From Lingula anatina (Eukaryota; Animalia; Brachiopoda): 64,000 nt of DNA. The notes beneath the pieces were generated by a model. The model was not told the DNA's origin, ran no database searches, and worked only from the letters and a program-made list of their open reading frames with translations. The DNA is taken from positions 30,076,401 to 30,140,400 of the forward strand of contig CM120641.1 in NCBI GenBank assembly GCA_051362555.1, written 5' to 3'. Positions 13,671-24,380 of this stretch are shown here, piece by piece (position 1 is the stretch's first letter; the number at the start of each line of letters is the position of its first letter). Made by a program: the position numbers and the translations under genes.

Positions 13671-16600
13671 GGTTCCCATAATCCTATTGTACTAGCAGGA
13701 TCGATCCAACTCCAAGAGGACTCTCACTAAGTTGCATTCAGTTTAAGTGGCTTAAATGTCTGTCATGGCCACTGAAGCTGCTAGGGTGCTAGGGGGATAA
13801 TTAACTTAAATGCAATTTAGCGAGAAACACCTCAGACATAGATCGATCCTGGTAATACAACAGGGTATGGGAATGGTTCCAGAGAGAGAGGTACCATAGT
13901 TCATTTCAGTTCAAATTACCTTGTTACCTTGTAGAGCACCATGTACTTCATTTATGGGAATCGGTCATCATACTTCTCCAAGATGAAGATATGTTAGTAA
14001 AAGATATCACTGCCAGGGCTGTGGATCACTTGAACAATTTTGCTTGTGAAGAAGGTAAAGACAGTTTATAGTTTTACAAACATTTTAGACCCATTGCATT
14101 GGTTTATGTATGCATCAAATATTAATTGGTGATTTTTAATTACAAAGACAAATGAAAAAGTGAAATAGACCAAGGTTCTTTATTCACAGAAGTAGCATTA
14201 TTTCAGATTTGTTCTTAATGGAACTCTCCATGTGTTGAATATTCCCCACAGTCATACATGTATTCATTGTAATTCCTATAGAGAGCTCCTTTAAGCTCTA
14301 ATTAACTTACTTACTTGGTTTGCAAATATTGAAAGCATTTAATTGTGATTAAAAGTTTTAATTATTATCATTATTATTATTATTTAGAATCTGAAAAGAA
14401 AAACCAATGCCTGCAGCCTTCTATGGCTATAGATATCTGCATGAAGACCATGGTAGAACTTCATCACCAAACACATCCTGTGGAGTGCTTTACATTACTG
14501 GCAACATGGTTGCTCAGTGAAGAGAAGGTGGAGGTACGTCAGTATGCTTAGTAAACACATATTTTGAGGTCTTGACTTTTGATGCACTTTTTAATTTAAA
14601 GGTATTTGAAAGTGATTCATGAAAGCATTCATGTTTTTTTTTTCACAACCAAAATGTGACCACCTATTTGTAGGGATTAGTATATACTGCTAGTATTTAA
14701 ATAAATAAATAATTGTATCAATGGTCTTGTAAAAAAAAAGAGATATCTTTTTAATAGATATAAATTATGACGAATAAAAATTGATTTATGCTGTTAGGTA
14801 TTGTGCAATATTATTTTCTGCCCTGTGATCATTATCTTCTGCTTTTTATCTGTACATTCAACAGCTTTGCTGGCTTTTTATTCACCATATTATTGCCAAA
14901 CCATATTAAATTTTTCGTTTACCTGTAATTATCTAAGTGGCTTTGTTTCGTAAAAAAAGGCAGGTTACTTTTCACAAATTGGCATTTTCTCCATGTGACC
15001 TTGAATTCCCATGTGTCTTAAAACCTGTTACAGTCACATTTTCTAAATATACATGGTAACAGTAGTATATTGGTAGTGCTTTATGTAATATTTACTTTTA
15101 ATTTTCTAAGTGGCTTTGTTTTGTAAAAAAAAAATGCAGGTTACTTAAGTTCACACTTTTCACGAATTGACATTTTCTCCATTTGACATTGAACTCCCAT
15201 GGATCTGAAAACCTGTTACAGTTCTTTTTCTAAATTTATAAATTGCACAATTCATAGTAACTGTAGTATTTTAGTAGTGCTTTATGTAATATTGCATCAA
15301 AATTTGCCAAAAATAAACTATTTTGTGCTCTTCATCATAAACACAAGAAATGGAATATTTGTTACTTTGTTTACATTCACCAAGAGGCCCTGCAGAGTTG
15401 GAATGATCTGCCTAGAACAATTAGACTAGATAGTGTCATAAGGGATGAACCCATAGTCCTATTTTCTGCACTGCAACTTTTAGCATTAAGGAAAACCCTA
15501 TTACTTACTACTCTCAAACTTCCAAGAATAATTCTTAGAATTATAATACAGTTTTATTTTGAAAAGCAGCCCGAAAAGATTATTTTCTTTATGCAATTTT
15601 TAGTGAATTATACATTTTTTCACGTATTGGCATTTTTAAGGTGGGGTTTTGAACTGAAGCAGCATTGCTACTTACATGTTCTTAATGTACATGATATCTT
15701 TAGTTTAAAACCAGAACCACCATTGGGCTTGAAAATTTTATTAAAACTACATAAAAGGTTACATAAAAGTTATAACTACAATAAACGGTAACTACTCAGC
15801 AAAGTACATCAAACACGTATGTTAATGAATTGCAACACTTCAGATACAGGTAGCAATATTTCTAAATTCCCATTTACTAAGCGCAGTTGTTCAAAATACC
15901 CGATACTAAGTGAAGATCATGTAGCAGATTGTGTAATGCCAATGTACGAGGCGCCTTCTGCCCATATTAGGGACAGGAGGGTGGGAAAATCTTCGACGCT
16001 TATGCTTAAGCCGATTCTAATTGAAGCAAAATGGGCTCAAGCGCCCTTACACGCTGTCCAGCTTTAACGACTGCCAGGCTCTAACTGCCAGTTATTTTGA
16101 ATGCGCCACGTGAGCTAGCTGACCAATCCCTGAGCCTGCAGCCTAAGTATCCCTCTAGTGGTGGTTTTAAATACTATTCCCAAAGGTAAAGGGTTAAAGC
16201 AAAGATTAATGATGATCATACTGGTTGCCGTGTATTTAAGGGTTAAAGCAAAGACTAATGATGATCATACTGGTTGCCGTGTATTTTCAGTGTTATTAGA
16301 TTGGTGGAAAACTGTGCGATCTTTTGTCTTCAAACTTAAGAACTGATGAATATTCATAAAATACAGGTTGAGTTAGAAAATCAGCTTGAACAGACCATTT
16401 TTCCAAAAATAATGGTGTTCTTTGGCTTTTTTCAGCATATTTTATCCACTGTTATTCTAATAAAATGAAAACCTTTTTATCTTTTGTTTTCAAGTTTACA
16501 GTACTCATGGATATTCATTAACTTACAGGACAAGTTTAAAAAATCAGCTTGATCGGAACATTTTTCCAAAAGTTATGTTGTTTTTTTTCTGCATACATTA

Positions 16601-19600
16601 TCCATCATTATACAAACAGAAACAAAACCATTTTGTGCTTTGCTTTGAAATTTACAGGACTGATTCTTGAGACTAATATACATGTCAACTTTGAATATTA
16701 GGTTGATTGTTTATTTTTTAAAGTTATGCTGTTTGTTTGTATATAAGTGGTTTTTCCACAGATTCAATTCATGTTAACAGTCTCAGTATTGAACTAATTA
16801 GATATGTAAAAGTGTTCTTTTGAAATTTTCTGCATCTTAACAATTTTGTTAGTTGATAATAAAAAAATTATGTTAAATCTGTTATCTTGTATTGTGTAAT
16901 AAAGAAACTAAACTCATATCAGTGCAGTTTGTCAGATTCAATCCTTTAAATGGTTCTTTTACATTTACATTCTTTGGACATTTAAATGGTTCTTTTGATG
17001 TTTTCCCCACCTCAACTATTTTGTTAGTTTATCATATAAAATGATAGTAAATTGGTTACTGTATTTTATATGATTAAGTGTTGAAAATGAAATCATTTCA
17101 GTACAGCTAGCTGTCTCTGGTTTACATGTTGGCATTTTCAAGATGTAATTTTGAACTTCCATGGGACTATAGGCCTATGTAACCTGCAGTGCATAATTGT
17201 ACCACCAGCGTAGGCGCTGGCAGTACACATGGTTTTAGTCCCGACCCGTATGTTCCGCCGGCTCCGCCGGATCCTGCGGCTCCGCCGCCAAGTCACCGTT
17301 ACCGCTTCTCCTCCTAGACGGTAAGGGCCTCCATACCCATCTCTTGGATTTAGGTCACCTATAATCTCAACTCGTTCCACGTAAAATTTGGGCTTTGTCG
17401 GTATTGGGGTCTAGGTGTGGCACTCATTGCAATGCACCCTTGTCCAAAAATGGCAAAATTAAATGCTAATTATCTCCCCTACAGAAGGAATTATGGGAAA
17501 AATTTCTACAGACAGCTTTCCAAAAGTCATATGTGTAGATTTCAAATATGCCCTTGGATTTGACCTTTGACCTTTATTTTAAGGTCAAACGGGCCAAAAT
17601 TTTCAAAAAAACAAAATTTTTGCCGAAAAAAAAAATTATTTGCGGTCTTATTCAGACACCACACAGACTTAACTAATGATATTAATGGAAAGTGTTACGC
17701 TTCAGGTCATCTTTCATCTCCGTGAATTTGGGGTCAATCGGTGCATTTTCACAGGAGTAGCGGCTATAAGATATCGAAACTGAAAACTGTCTCTAATTCG
17801 GGAACCGTTAATGCTAGACACCCATTCTTTTTTGCATTTTGTAGAGCATGTAAAGCCCAACACTGGAGGTGGTCTCCGTTTTTTTTGTATTCCATACGGT
17901 TTTCGAGTTACGCTGTATCAAAAAGTACATATTGGTGGTGAAAGCAAAATGTGCAGTACGGTAATGGATAATAAATTTTGAACTCCGGAAAAATAAAACA
18001 TAAGGCTTGGCAAAGCAGACAACTTGTGGTCAAAAATGACATTATTTCATCAAATTTGAACATCTGGAACTTCAGAGCACCTCCCATTTCAAGAATTTTG
18101 ACCAAAATGACCTTTTCTTTATTTTAATTAATTTTTTTTGGTAGGAAATTTATGGCACATTATGGTAACTCCAAAATTATAACATTTAGAGCGCATTCTC
18201 AACGAATTAAGCCAGGCTTTACAAAGCCGGTGACCTAAAAATGGCGGACGTACATGAAAGAAAAACCGCCTAATCTTTTAATAGTCTCTCCGCCTCTCAC
18301 ACGCCTCCCCACACGTCGTCCCTGCAGGGTACAGTGATTAAATCTCGGCTCCGAACATTAATATTTCCGTGAATATCTCTGGTGATATTATCTCCGTAGA
18401 TAGTCGATTCATTGCTGCTCTACGGGCCAAATTATTCCTTTTTCGCCTCTGTTTTCAAAGATAATAGAACAGAAGAGCTTTTTTCCTTCGATCGCCTTCA
18501 GCCGCCATGCTTTCTTCACCACGAGTTTAACTGATGAGCATGCGCACTTAATATTTCTCAGGTAGCTTCCGCATGGCGAACGGAGCCGAGATTTAATTAC
18601 TGTACCCCGCAGGGACGACGTGTGGGGAGGCGGAGAGACTATTAAAAGATTAGGCGGTTTTTCTTTCATGTACGTCCGCCATTTTTAGGTCACCGGCTTT
18701 GTAAAGCCTGGCTTAATTCGTTGAGAATGCGCTCTTAGTCCCTTATATCTCCAAAACTGGCAGAGATAGGTCCATAGTTACTATTGAACTTGAATAGGAA
18801 GTCATACACTGGCAATCTAAATGTGACCTTAAAATTGACCTTTGACCTACTTTTCACCATGAACTGAACTTTGCAAATTTTGCTTCCTTTTTATCTCCAA
18901 AACTGGCAGAGATAGGTCCATAGTTACTATTGAAGTTGAATAGGAAGACATATACTGGCAATCTAAATGTGACCTTAAAATTGACCTTTGACCTACTTTT
19001 CACCATGAACTGAACTTTGCAAATTTTGCTTCCCTTTTATCTCCAAAACTGGCAGAGATAGGTCCATAGTTACTATTGAACTTGAATAGGAAGTCATATA
19101 CTGGCAATCTAAATGTGACCTTAAAATTGACCTTTGACCTACTTTTCACCATGAACTGAACTTTGCAAATTTTGCTTCCTTTTATCTCCAAAACTGGCAG
19201 AGATAGGTCCATAGTTTCTATTGAACTTGAATAGGAAGTCATATACTGGCAATCTAAATGTGACCTTAAAATTGACCTTTGACCTACTTTTCACCATGAA
19301 CTGAACTTTGCAAATTTTGCTTCCCTTTTATCTCCAAAACTGGCAGAGATAGGTCCATAGTTACTATTGAAGTTGAATAGGAAGTCATATACTGGCAATC
19401 TAAATGTGACCTTAAAATTGACCTTTGACCTACTTTTCACCATGAACTGAACTTTGCATAGTTTGCTTCCCCTTTATCTCCAAAACTGGCAGAGATAGGT
19501 CCATAGTTACTATTGAAGTTGAATAGGAAGACATATACTGGCAATATAAATGTGACCTTAAAATTGACCTTTGACCTACTTTTCACCATGAACTGAACTT

Positions 19601-22600
19601 TGCAAATTTTGCTTCCTTTTATCTCCAAAACTGGCAGAGATAGGTCCATAGTTTCTATTGAACTTGAATAGGAAGTCATATACTGGCAATCTAAATGTGA
19701 CCTTAAAATTGACCTTTGACCTACTTTTCACCATGAACTGAACTTTGCAAATTTTGCTTCCTTTTATCTCCAAAACTGGCAGAGATAGGTCCATAGTTTC
19801 TATTGAACTTGAATAGGAAGTCATATACTGGCAATCTAAATGTGACCTTAAAATTGACCTTTGACCTACTTTTCACCATGAACTGAACTTTGCAAATTTT
19901 GCTTCCCTTTTATCTCCAAAACTGGCAGAGATAGGTCCATAGTTACTATTGAAGTTGAATAGGAAGTCATATACTGGCAATCTAAATGTGACCTTAAAAT
20001 TGACCTTTGACCTACTTTTCACCATGAACTGAACTTTGCATAGTTTGCTTCCCCTTTATCTCCAAAACTGGCAGAGATAGGTCCATAGTTACTATTGAAG
20101 TTGAATAGGAAGACATATACTGGCAATCTAAATGTGACCTTAAAATTGACCTTTGACCTACTTTTCACCATGAACTGAACTTTGCAAATTTTGCTTCCCT
20201 TTTATCTCCAAAACTGGCAGAGATAGGTCCATAGTTACTATTGAACTTGAATAGGAAGTCATATACTGGCAATCTAAATGTGACCTTAAAATTGACCTTT
20301 GACCTACTTTTCACCATGAACTGAACTTTGCAAATTTTGCTTCCTTTTATCTCCAAAACTGGCAGAGATAGGTCCATAGTTTCTATTGAACTTGAATAGG
20401 AAGTCATATACTGGCAATCTAAATGTGACCTTAAAATTGACCTTTGACCTACTTTTCACCATGAACTGAACTTTGCAAATTTTGCTTCCCTTTTATCTCC
20501 AAAACTGGCAGAGATAGGTCCATAGTTACTATTGAAGTTGAATAGGAAGTCATATACTGGCAATCTAAATGTGACCTTAAAATTGACCTTTGACCTACTT
20601 TTCACCATGAACTGAACTTTGCATAGTTTGCTTCCCCTTTATCTCCAAAACTGGCAGAGATAGGTCCATAGTTACTATTGAAGTTGAATAGGAAGACATA
20701 TACTGGCAATATAAATGTGACCTTAAAATTGACCTTTGACCTACTTTTCACCATGAACTGAACTTTGCAAATTTTGCTTCCTTTTATCTCCAAAACTGGC
20801 AGAGATAGGTCCATAGTTTCTATTGAACTTGAATAGGAAGTCATATACTGGCAATCTAAATGTGACCTTAAAATTGACCTTTGACCTACTTTTCACCGTG
20901 AACTGAACTTTGCAAATTTTGCTTCCCTTTTATCTCCAAAACTGGCAGAGATAGGTCCATAGTTTCTATTGAACTTGAATAGGAAGTCATATACTGGCAA
21001 TCTAAATGTGACCTTAAAATGGACCTTTGACCTACTTTTCACCATGAACTGAACTTTGCATAGTTTGCTTCCCCTTTATCTCCAAAACTGGCAGAGATAG
21101 GTCCATAGTTACTATTGAACGTGAATAGGAAGTCATATACTGGCAATCTAAGTGTGACCTTGAAATTGACCTTTGACCTACTTATTATCATGAACTGAAC
21201 TCTGCTAATTTCTTTCTCTTTTAACTCCAAACCTGGCAGAGATAGGCCCATAGTTACTATTGAAGTTGAATAGGAAGTCATATACTGGCAATTTACTGTG
21301 ACCTTGGAATTGACCTTTGACCAACCTTGCGATGAACTTAACTTTGATTGTACCATTTTTAGTAATATATATATTTTTTGCATATTTTGAAAATTCTTGT
21401 TGATTGCATTTTTACAGCTTGTCAAGCACAAGACTGGTGGCTGTGTTCCTTATTTTGTATATGTGGGGGTCTATATGAATGCGCTTGCTCCAGCTGCTGG
21501 TACAATATTCGGAGGCGGTATCGCCTCTCTGATCCTCTAGTTAAAATTTGGTGGTAATTATGCTGTTAAGCATTCTGTAATATTGCATCAAACTTGGCAG
21601 AAAGCCAAATTTCGGGCATTGCCTCCGTAGTCGCCATTGAAAGAAAAACATTTTACTTATGATTCTCAAACTAAAAGGAAAGAACACAGGACTAAAAGTA
21701 TATTATTTTTCTGTCAGTTTTGCAGTATTTTTGTGAAATGTTAATTTCTCACATATTGGCATTTTCAAGGTGTGACTTCGAATTCTTATACATATTCATC
21801 AACAGTAACATGAGCACATAATAGAAAATCTGTGGGGGTTACACTCATCAGAATGGTGTAATTTGAATCAAAATAAGTAAAAAAAAAATGGTGTACAGTT
21901 CTAACAAATATATAAGAAAATGAAAACTGTCATAGAGGTTCTGTCTATATGTCAGCTTTGTTTCAGAGCTTCATTAGGATGTGTACAATTAAGCATTGTT
22001 TTGCGAAAGCTACACATTTTTCTTTCTTTTGACATTGAAAGCTTTGTCAGTTTTGCTTTCAAATGCCAAACCATTTAAATTGTAATTTTGCATATTTTTT
22101 TTTCAGATGGAAGAGTGTGTATTTGACAAGGGAGAGATAAATACCTATCAAGAAGAGGTGGCTTTTGCTCAGCTTTTAGCCAAACATCTACAAAAATTGC
22201 TCCATTACATGAACAGAGGAAGTGGCATGAAAAGTTTACATGCAAGTCCAAACATGATGAGAACTAATGAAGAATTGGATGAAAAGTCTTTTATTATGCA
22301 AACTGAGCAAAACACATGCGTAGATGAACAGCAAATTAGAAATTTAAATCAAAGTAGTGTGCTCACAAAAGAAAGTCTCCCAGATTGGTCATCAGATGAG
22401 GGCGAGTCCCCAGCTTCCTCTATGGCTGATGATGATTTTATCAACACTACAAAAAGATCTGAGGTCCTCTCACTGGAGAATGTATTTCAGGTTAGGAATC
22501 CTGATTTCCGCCATATGGATAGCAGATATGCTACTGCTAACAAAATTAAAGGACAGGCTACCAAGCAGCTTTTGTCAGAGATGTGTGGTATTCAATCTGT

Positions 22601-22988
22601 CTCAACAGCTCCACCTAGAGAAACAAGTGGGAAACCACCCATTACAACTGGTGAGGCATTGGGACATGAACAAGATAACTCTATGAATAAAGGTGATGAT
22701 AAGGCAGAGTTTGAAACTGTTTTGCATCAAACAAGACACTGCTTAATCAAATATTTACAAGAAAAAGTGGAGTCACCAGTGGTGTATGGCCACAGTATGC
22801 CATTTGTCCAGATGCAAAAATACCAGTCCGAGGTGATTTCATTGTACAAACACTTACTTGCAGCTCACTGTCTAGAACTTGAACAGGATGTATGCACCAG
22901 ATTTTGTTATAACCAGATGATTGGACAGTTAAAAAGCAAGTTTGATCATTTTGGTATGAATTGCCTTCTAGCAGAAGCCCTTGAGTAA
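271..22988 (+). CDS. THADA: THADA-like (tRNA 2'-O-methyltransferase regulator, Trm732 family) gene, 3' multi-exon portion; 5' exons lie upstream of the window
   Basis: Exons 271-439, 7809-7915, 8169-8619, 10145-10185, 10291-10371 (tentative), 12746-12818, 13423-13576, 13935-14054, 14388-14533 and 22107-22988 have AG/GT ends and join in frame. Motifs RVMAGRALRP, QNLTHGILLQV, KWLIFRENRCPVTRAAY, LWESVIILLQDED and VFDKGEINTYQEE follow the order I recall for the vertebrate THADA C-terminus. Confidence 0.88.
750..3100 (+). mobile_element. Helentron/HINE-like non-autonomous element, family A, with a triplicated ~98-bp head and internal tandem subrepeats (3' end approximate)
   Basis: T-run, then hairpin TGTACAGACAC-AGAT-GTGTCTGTACA, then a (GTC/GCC)n tract and ~160-bp subrepeats; homologous to 30730-32760 (-) and 16295-17196. 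Confidence 0.6.
3328..3387. repeat. (TA)n microsatellite
   Basis: Direct reading. Confidence 0.95.
3434..3666 (+). mobile_element. Short HINE/Helentron-like element, family C
   Basis: Starts TTTACCTCTGCCAAGGAGGTTATG; subterminal inverted copy CCTTGGCAGAGGT; ends TTTTCTAGTT; second copy at 59775-60034 (-). Confidence 0.75.
5907..6198. mobile_element. MITE with 6-bp TSD (AAAATG) and internal palindromes ATCTCGAAATTTCGAGAT
   Basis: TIRs TACGGAAGCCGACTGGTGCCATATGT / ACATATGGCACCAGTCGGCTTCCGTA; the empty site is visible in the paralog at ~17940; truncated duplicate at 5090-5174. Confidence 0.85.
6448..7430 (+). repeat. 146-bp tandem satellite, ~6.7 monomers
   Basis: TCTCCAAAACTGGCAGAGATAGG recurs at 6451, 6597, 6743 and onward. 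Confidence 0.95.
7809..7915 (+). CDS. THADA: THADA exon (VEHLLKELSNLP...EAKWLIFR)
   Basis: Acceptor aaatag|gtt, donor ag|gtaag, phase 0 to 2; absent from the ORF track. Confidence 0.82.
8169..8619 (+). CDS. THADA: THADA exon (ENRCPVTRAAY...HHQGCLAQ)
   Basis: Acceptor ttttag|g, donor cag|gtatgc; lies in ORF 8149..8652. Confidence 0.88.
10145..10185 (+). CDS. THADA: THADA small exon (VQDLLIKVQKTSS)
   Basis: Acceptor ttgtttgcag|gtg, donor ag|gtagg; phase 0 to 2 bridges the flanking exons. Confidence 0.6.
10291..10371 (+). CDS. THADA: Possible THADA exon (LQMVFSLRTLPVFNELLFSVENNRVKR)
   Basis: 81 nt, phase 2-2, open frame, and it restores the expected spacing; splice sites are weak (aag| acceptor, |gtgtgg donor). 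Confidence 0.4.
10500..12385 (-). mobile_element. Degenerate, internally deleted DIRS/Ngaro-type (tyrosine-recombinase) retrotransposon, antisense in a THADA intron
   Basis: Broken RT-like ORFs: WIKTGASDFLQSIILEGLKIKF, VSPIYCIPKKKGKCRL, LVTLDIKDVFF, EYIGYRI, TARRFAKIAG, DLLWW. RG-rich gag-like tail at ~11550-11600. No recombinase ORF visible. Confidence 0.7.
12746..12818 (+). CDS. THADA: THADA exon (DEVRSAACRLIGVILPLLYNQLEQ)
   Basis: Acceptor tttttccag|g, donor cag|gtaaag; phase 2 to 0. Confidence 0.8.
13423..13576 (+). CDS. THADA: THADA exon (DQFEEDLL...DENRVL)
   Basis: Acceptor ttgcag|gac, donor g|gtagat; lies in ORF 13417..13602. Confidence 0.83.
13668..13882. mobile_element. Degenerate MITE inserted in a (GA)n microsatellite
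   Basis: Imperfect TIRs CTGG..TTCCCATA..CAGGATCGATC / GATCGATCCTG..TATGGGAA..CCAG, with GA repeats on both sides. Confidence 0.55.
13935..14054 (+). CDS. THADA: THADA exon (HHVLHLWESVIILLQDEDMLVKD...)
   Basis: Acceptor ccttgtag|, donor g|gtaaag; 120 nt, phase 1-1. Confidence 0.85.
14388..14533 (+). CDS. THADA: THADA exon (SEKKNQCLQPSMA...WLLSEEKVE)
   Basis: Acceptor tatttag|aa, donor gag|gtacgt; phase 1 to 0. Confidence 0.82.
18189..18734. mobile_element. PIF/Harbinger-like MITE with TTA TSD and long (~150-165 bp) TIRs
   Basis: TTA|GAGCGCATTCTCAACG...CGTTGAGAATGCGCTC|TTA; empty site ACATTTAGTCCC at ~6435; decayed half copy at ~23600-23720. Confidence 0.85.
18745..21330 (+). repeat. 145/146-bp satellite array, ~18 monomers, with higher-order structure
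   Basis: Diagnostic variant GAAGACATA at 18947, 19530, 20112 and 20695. Confidence 0.95.
22107..22988 (+). CDS. THADA: THADA terminal coding exon (293 codons plus stop)
   Basis: Strong acceptor ttttttttcag|ATG; FDKGEINTYQEE motif; TAA at 22986-22988. Confidence 0.85.
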   Translation: MEECVFDKGEINTYQEEVAFAQLLAKHLQKLLHYMNRGSGMKSLHASPNMMRTNEELDEKSFIMQTEQNTCVDEQQIRNLNQSSVLTKESLPDWSSDEGESPASSMADDDFINTTKRSEVLSLENVFQVRNPDFRHMDSRYATANKIKGQATKQLLSEMCGIQSVSTAPPRETSGKPPITTGEALGHEQDNSMNKGDDKAEFETVLHQTRHCLIKYLQEKVESPVVYGHSMPFVQMQKYQSEVISLYKHLLAAHCLELEQDVCTRFCYNQMIGQLKSKFDHFGMNCLLAEALE

Positions 22989-23719
22989 TTCCTTGGGACA
23001 CTTTATGAAACATCAGTAAAATGATTAAGGCATAGGGCATTCTGCTTTGAGTTCTCTTGATTGAGGAAATATTTTTATTTATGCATGTTGATTCTGGTTT
23101 TTCTTCATGTACAATGTAGTTTAATCATTTTGGTATGAATTGTCATCTAACAGAACCCCTTGGGTAATCCATTATTGCAAGAAAAAATTGGGGGTTAAGG
23201 ATGAAGATGAACGCAATCTCATTACAGTACTTTATTGTCTGATAGTTATTTGAGGAGGTATAACACTTTAAGTAGGAGGTATAACACTTTAGGAGGTATA
23301 AGTTTCCTCAAAGTAAGATTGAGACCAGTCTGAAAGCTAATTATAACCTCCAACCCATGAAAGATTGCATTTATTCATTATATCCAAGCTTTGCTTGATG
23401 GAATGTGCCTGGGATTTCATAAAACAAGCTCCATTATCAAACTACTAGTGTATTTGTCATGATAGGGGTATTGTTGAAGTGGTAATTTTATTAAATAGGA
23501 TATCTTTGGTAATTCAACTCGTATCAAGACTTTGAAACATCTATTGATGTCAAAGACTGCATTCACATCGAGTTGAGCCATGGCTCTACAAAATCACGAA
23601 CTAAATATGGCGGACATACATGAAAGGAAAACCGCCTAATCTTTTAATAGTCTCCCTGCCTCTCACACGCCTCCCCATGCGTCGTCCCTGTGGGGGTACA
23701 GTCATTAAATCTCGGCTCT

Positions 23720-24065
23720 TGTGGCTCCGCAGGATGGTGTGGGATACAAGTCACCGTTACCACTTCTCCTCCTAGACCGCAAGGACCTGTGTCCCCATCT
23801 CTTGGATTTAGGTCACATGTAATCTCAGCTTGAACCTCCTGTTTTTTTTTGTCTCAGTTGGTGCATTGGCCTGGGCGTGACACTCGTTGAAATGTACCTT
23901 GTCAAAATTTTTGAAAATTCAATGCTAAATATCTCCCATATCGAAGGAATTATGGGAAAATTTTCTACAGATGGCTGACCGAAAGTCATATGTGGAGATT
24001 TCAAATATGCCCTTGGATTTTTCCTTTGACCTTTATTTCAAGGTCAAACATGCCAAAACTTTCAA
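23720..24065 (+). mobile_element. Diverged fragment related to the family-B head
   Basis: CACCGTTAC..CTTCTCCTCCTAGAC..GGATTTAGGTCAC..TCAAGGTCAAA matches ~4435-4740. Confidence 0.6.
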
Positions 24066-24333
24066 TGGCTGTAGCACACACACCCACCACCAGTTTAATG
24101 GCAAACAAGCAGAAAATTTAAGCTTAGGACCTAAGCTATTAAAAAAACATAGTGAACGAAAATCACTAAGGGGGGGGGGAGGGTTTCAGTATTTGGCCCA
24201 TGGACTAATACCCATTGTCAGAGACATCACATTGAGTCTTTATGACATCACTTAGCAACCAAAATAAACAAACCCCCTGAAGATGCAATGAAACTGGTCA
24301 GGGCAAAATAACTGCTGTTCTTTATTTCTTTTT

Positions 24334-24336
<3 letters not shown>

Positions 24337-24377
<41 letters not shown>
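24337..24377. repeat. (TA)n microsatellite
   Basis: Direct reading. Confidence 0.95.

Positions 24378-24380
<3 letters not shown>

Larger units (their letters stand above)
17197..21540 (+). mobile_element. Second family-B HINE-like element with an expanded 146-bp array
   Basis: Same 5' hairpin, subterminal repeat, 3' hairpin and CTAG end as 4346-7641; inserted at TT with no longer TSD. Confidence 0.82.
16295..21790 (+). mobile_element. Diverged family-A HINE-like copy split by the family-B element
   Basis: 16295-17196 matches ~1045-2270; 21541-21790 matches the family-A subrepeats from ~2315; the rejoined site reads GTGCATAA|TTAAAATTT (compare 2971-2987). Confidence 0.6.

Noticed and set aside
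18745-21330. CRISPR-like array, or tandem 80-aa genes (MTSYSSSIET...)
   Set aside because: The monomers are contiguous and near-identical with no unique spacers and no cas genes; the ORFs are by-products of the satellite.
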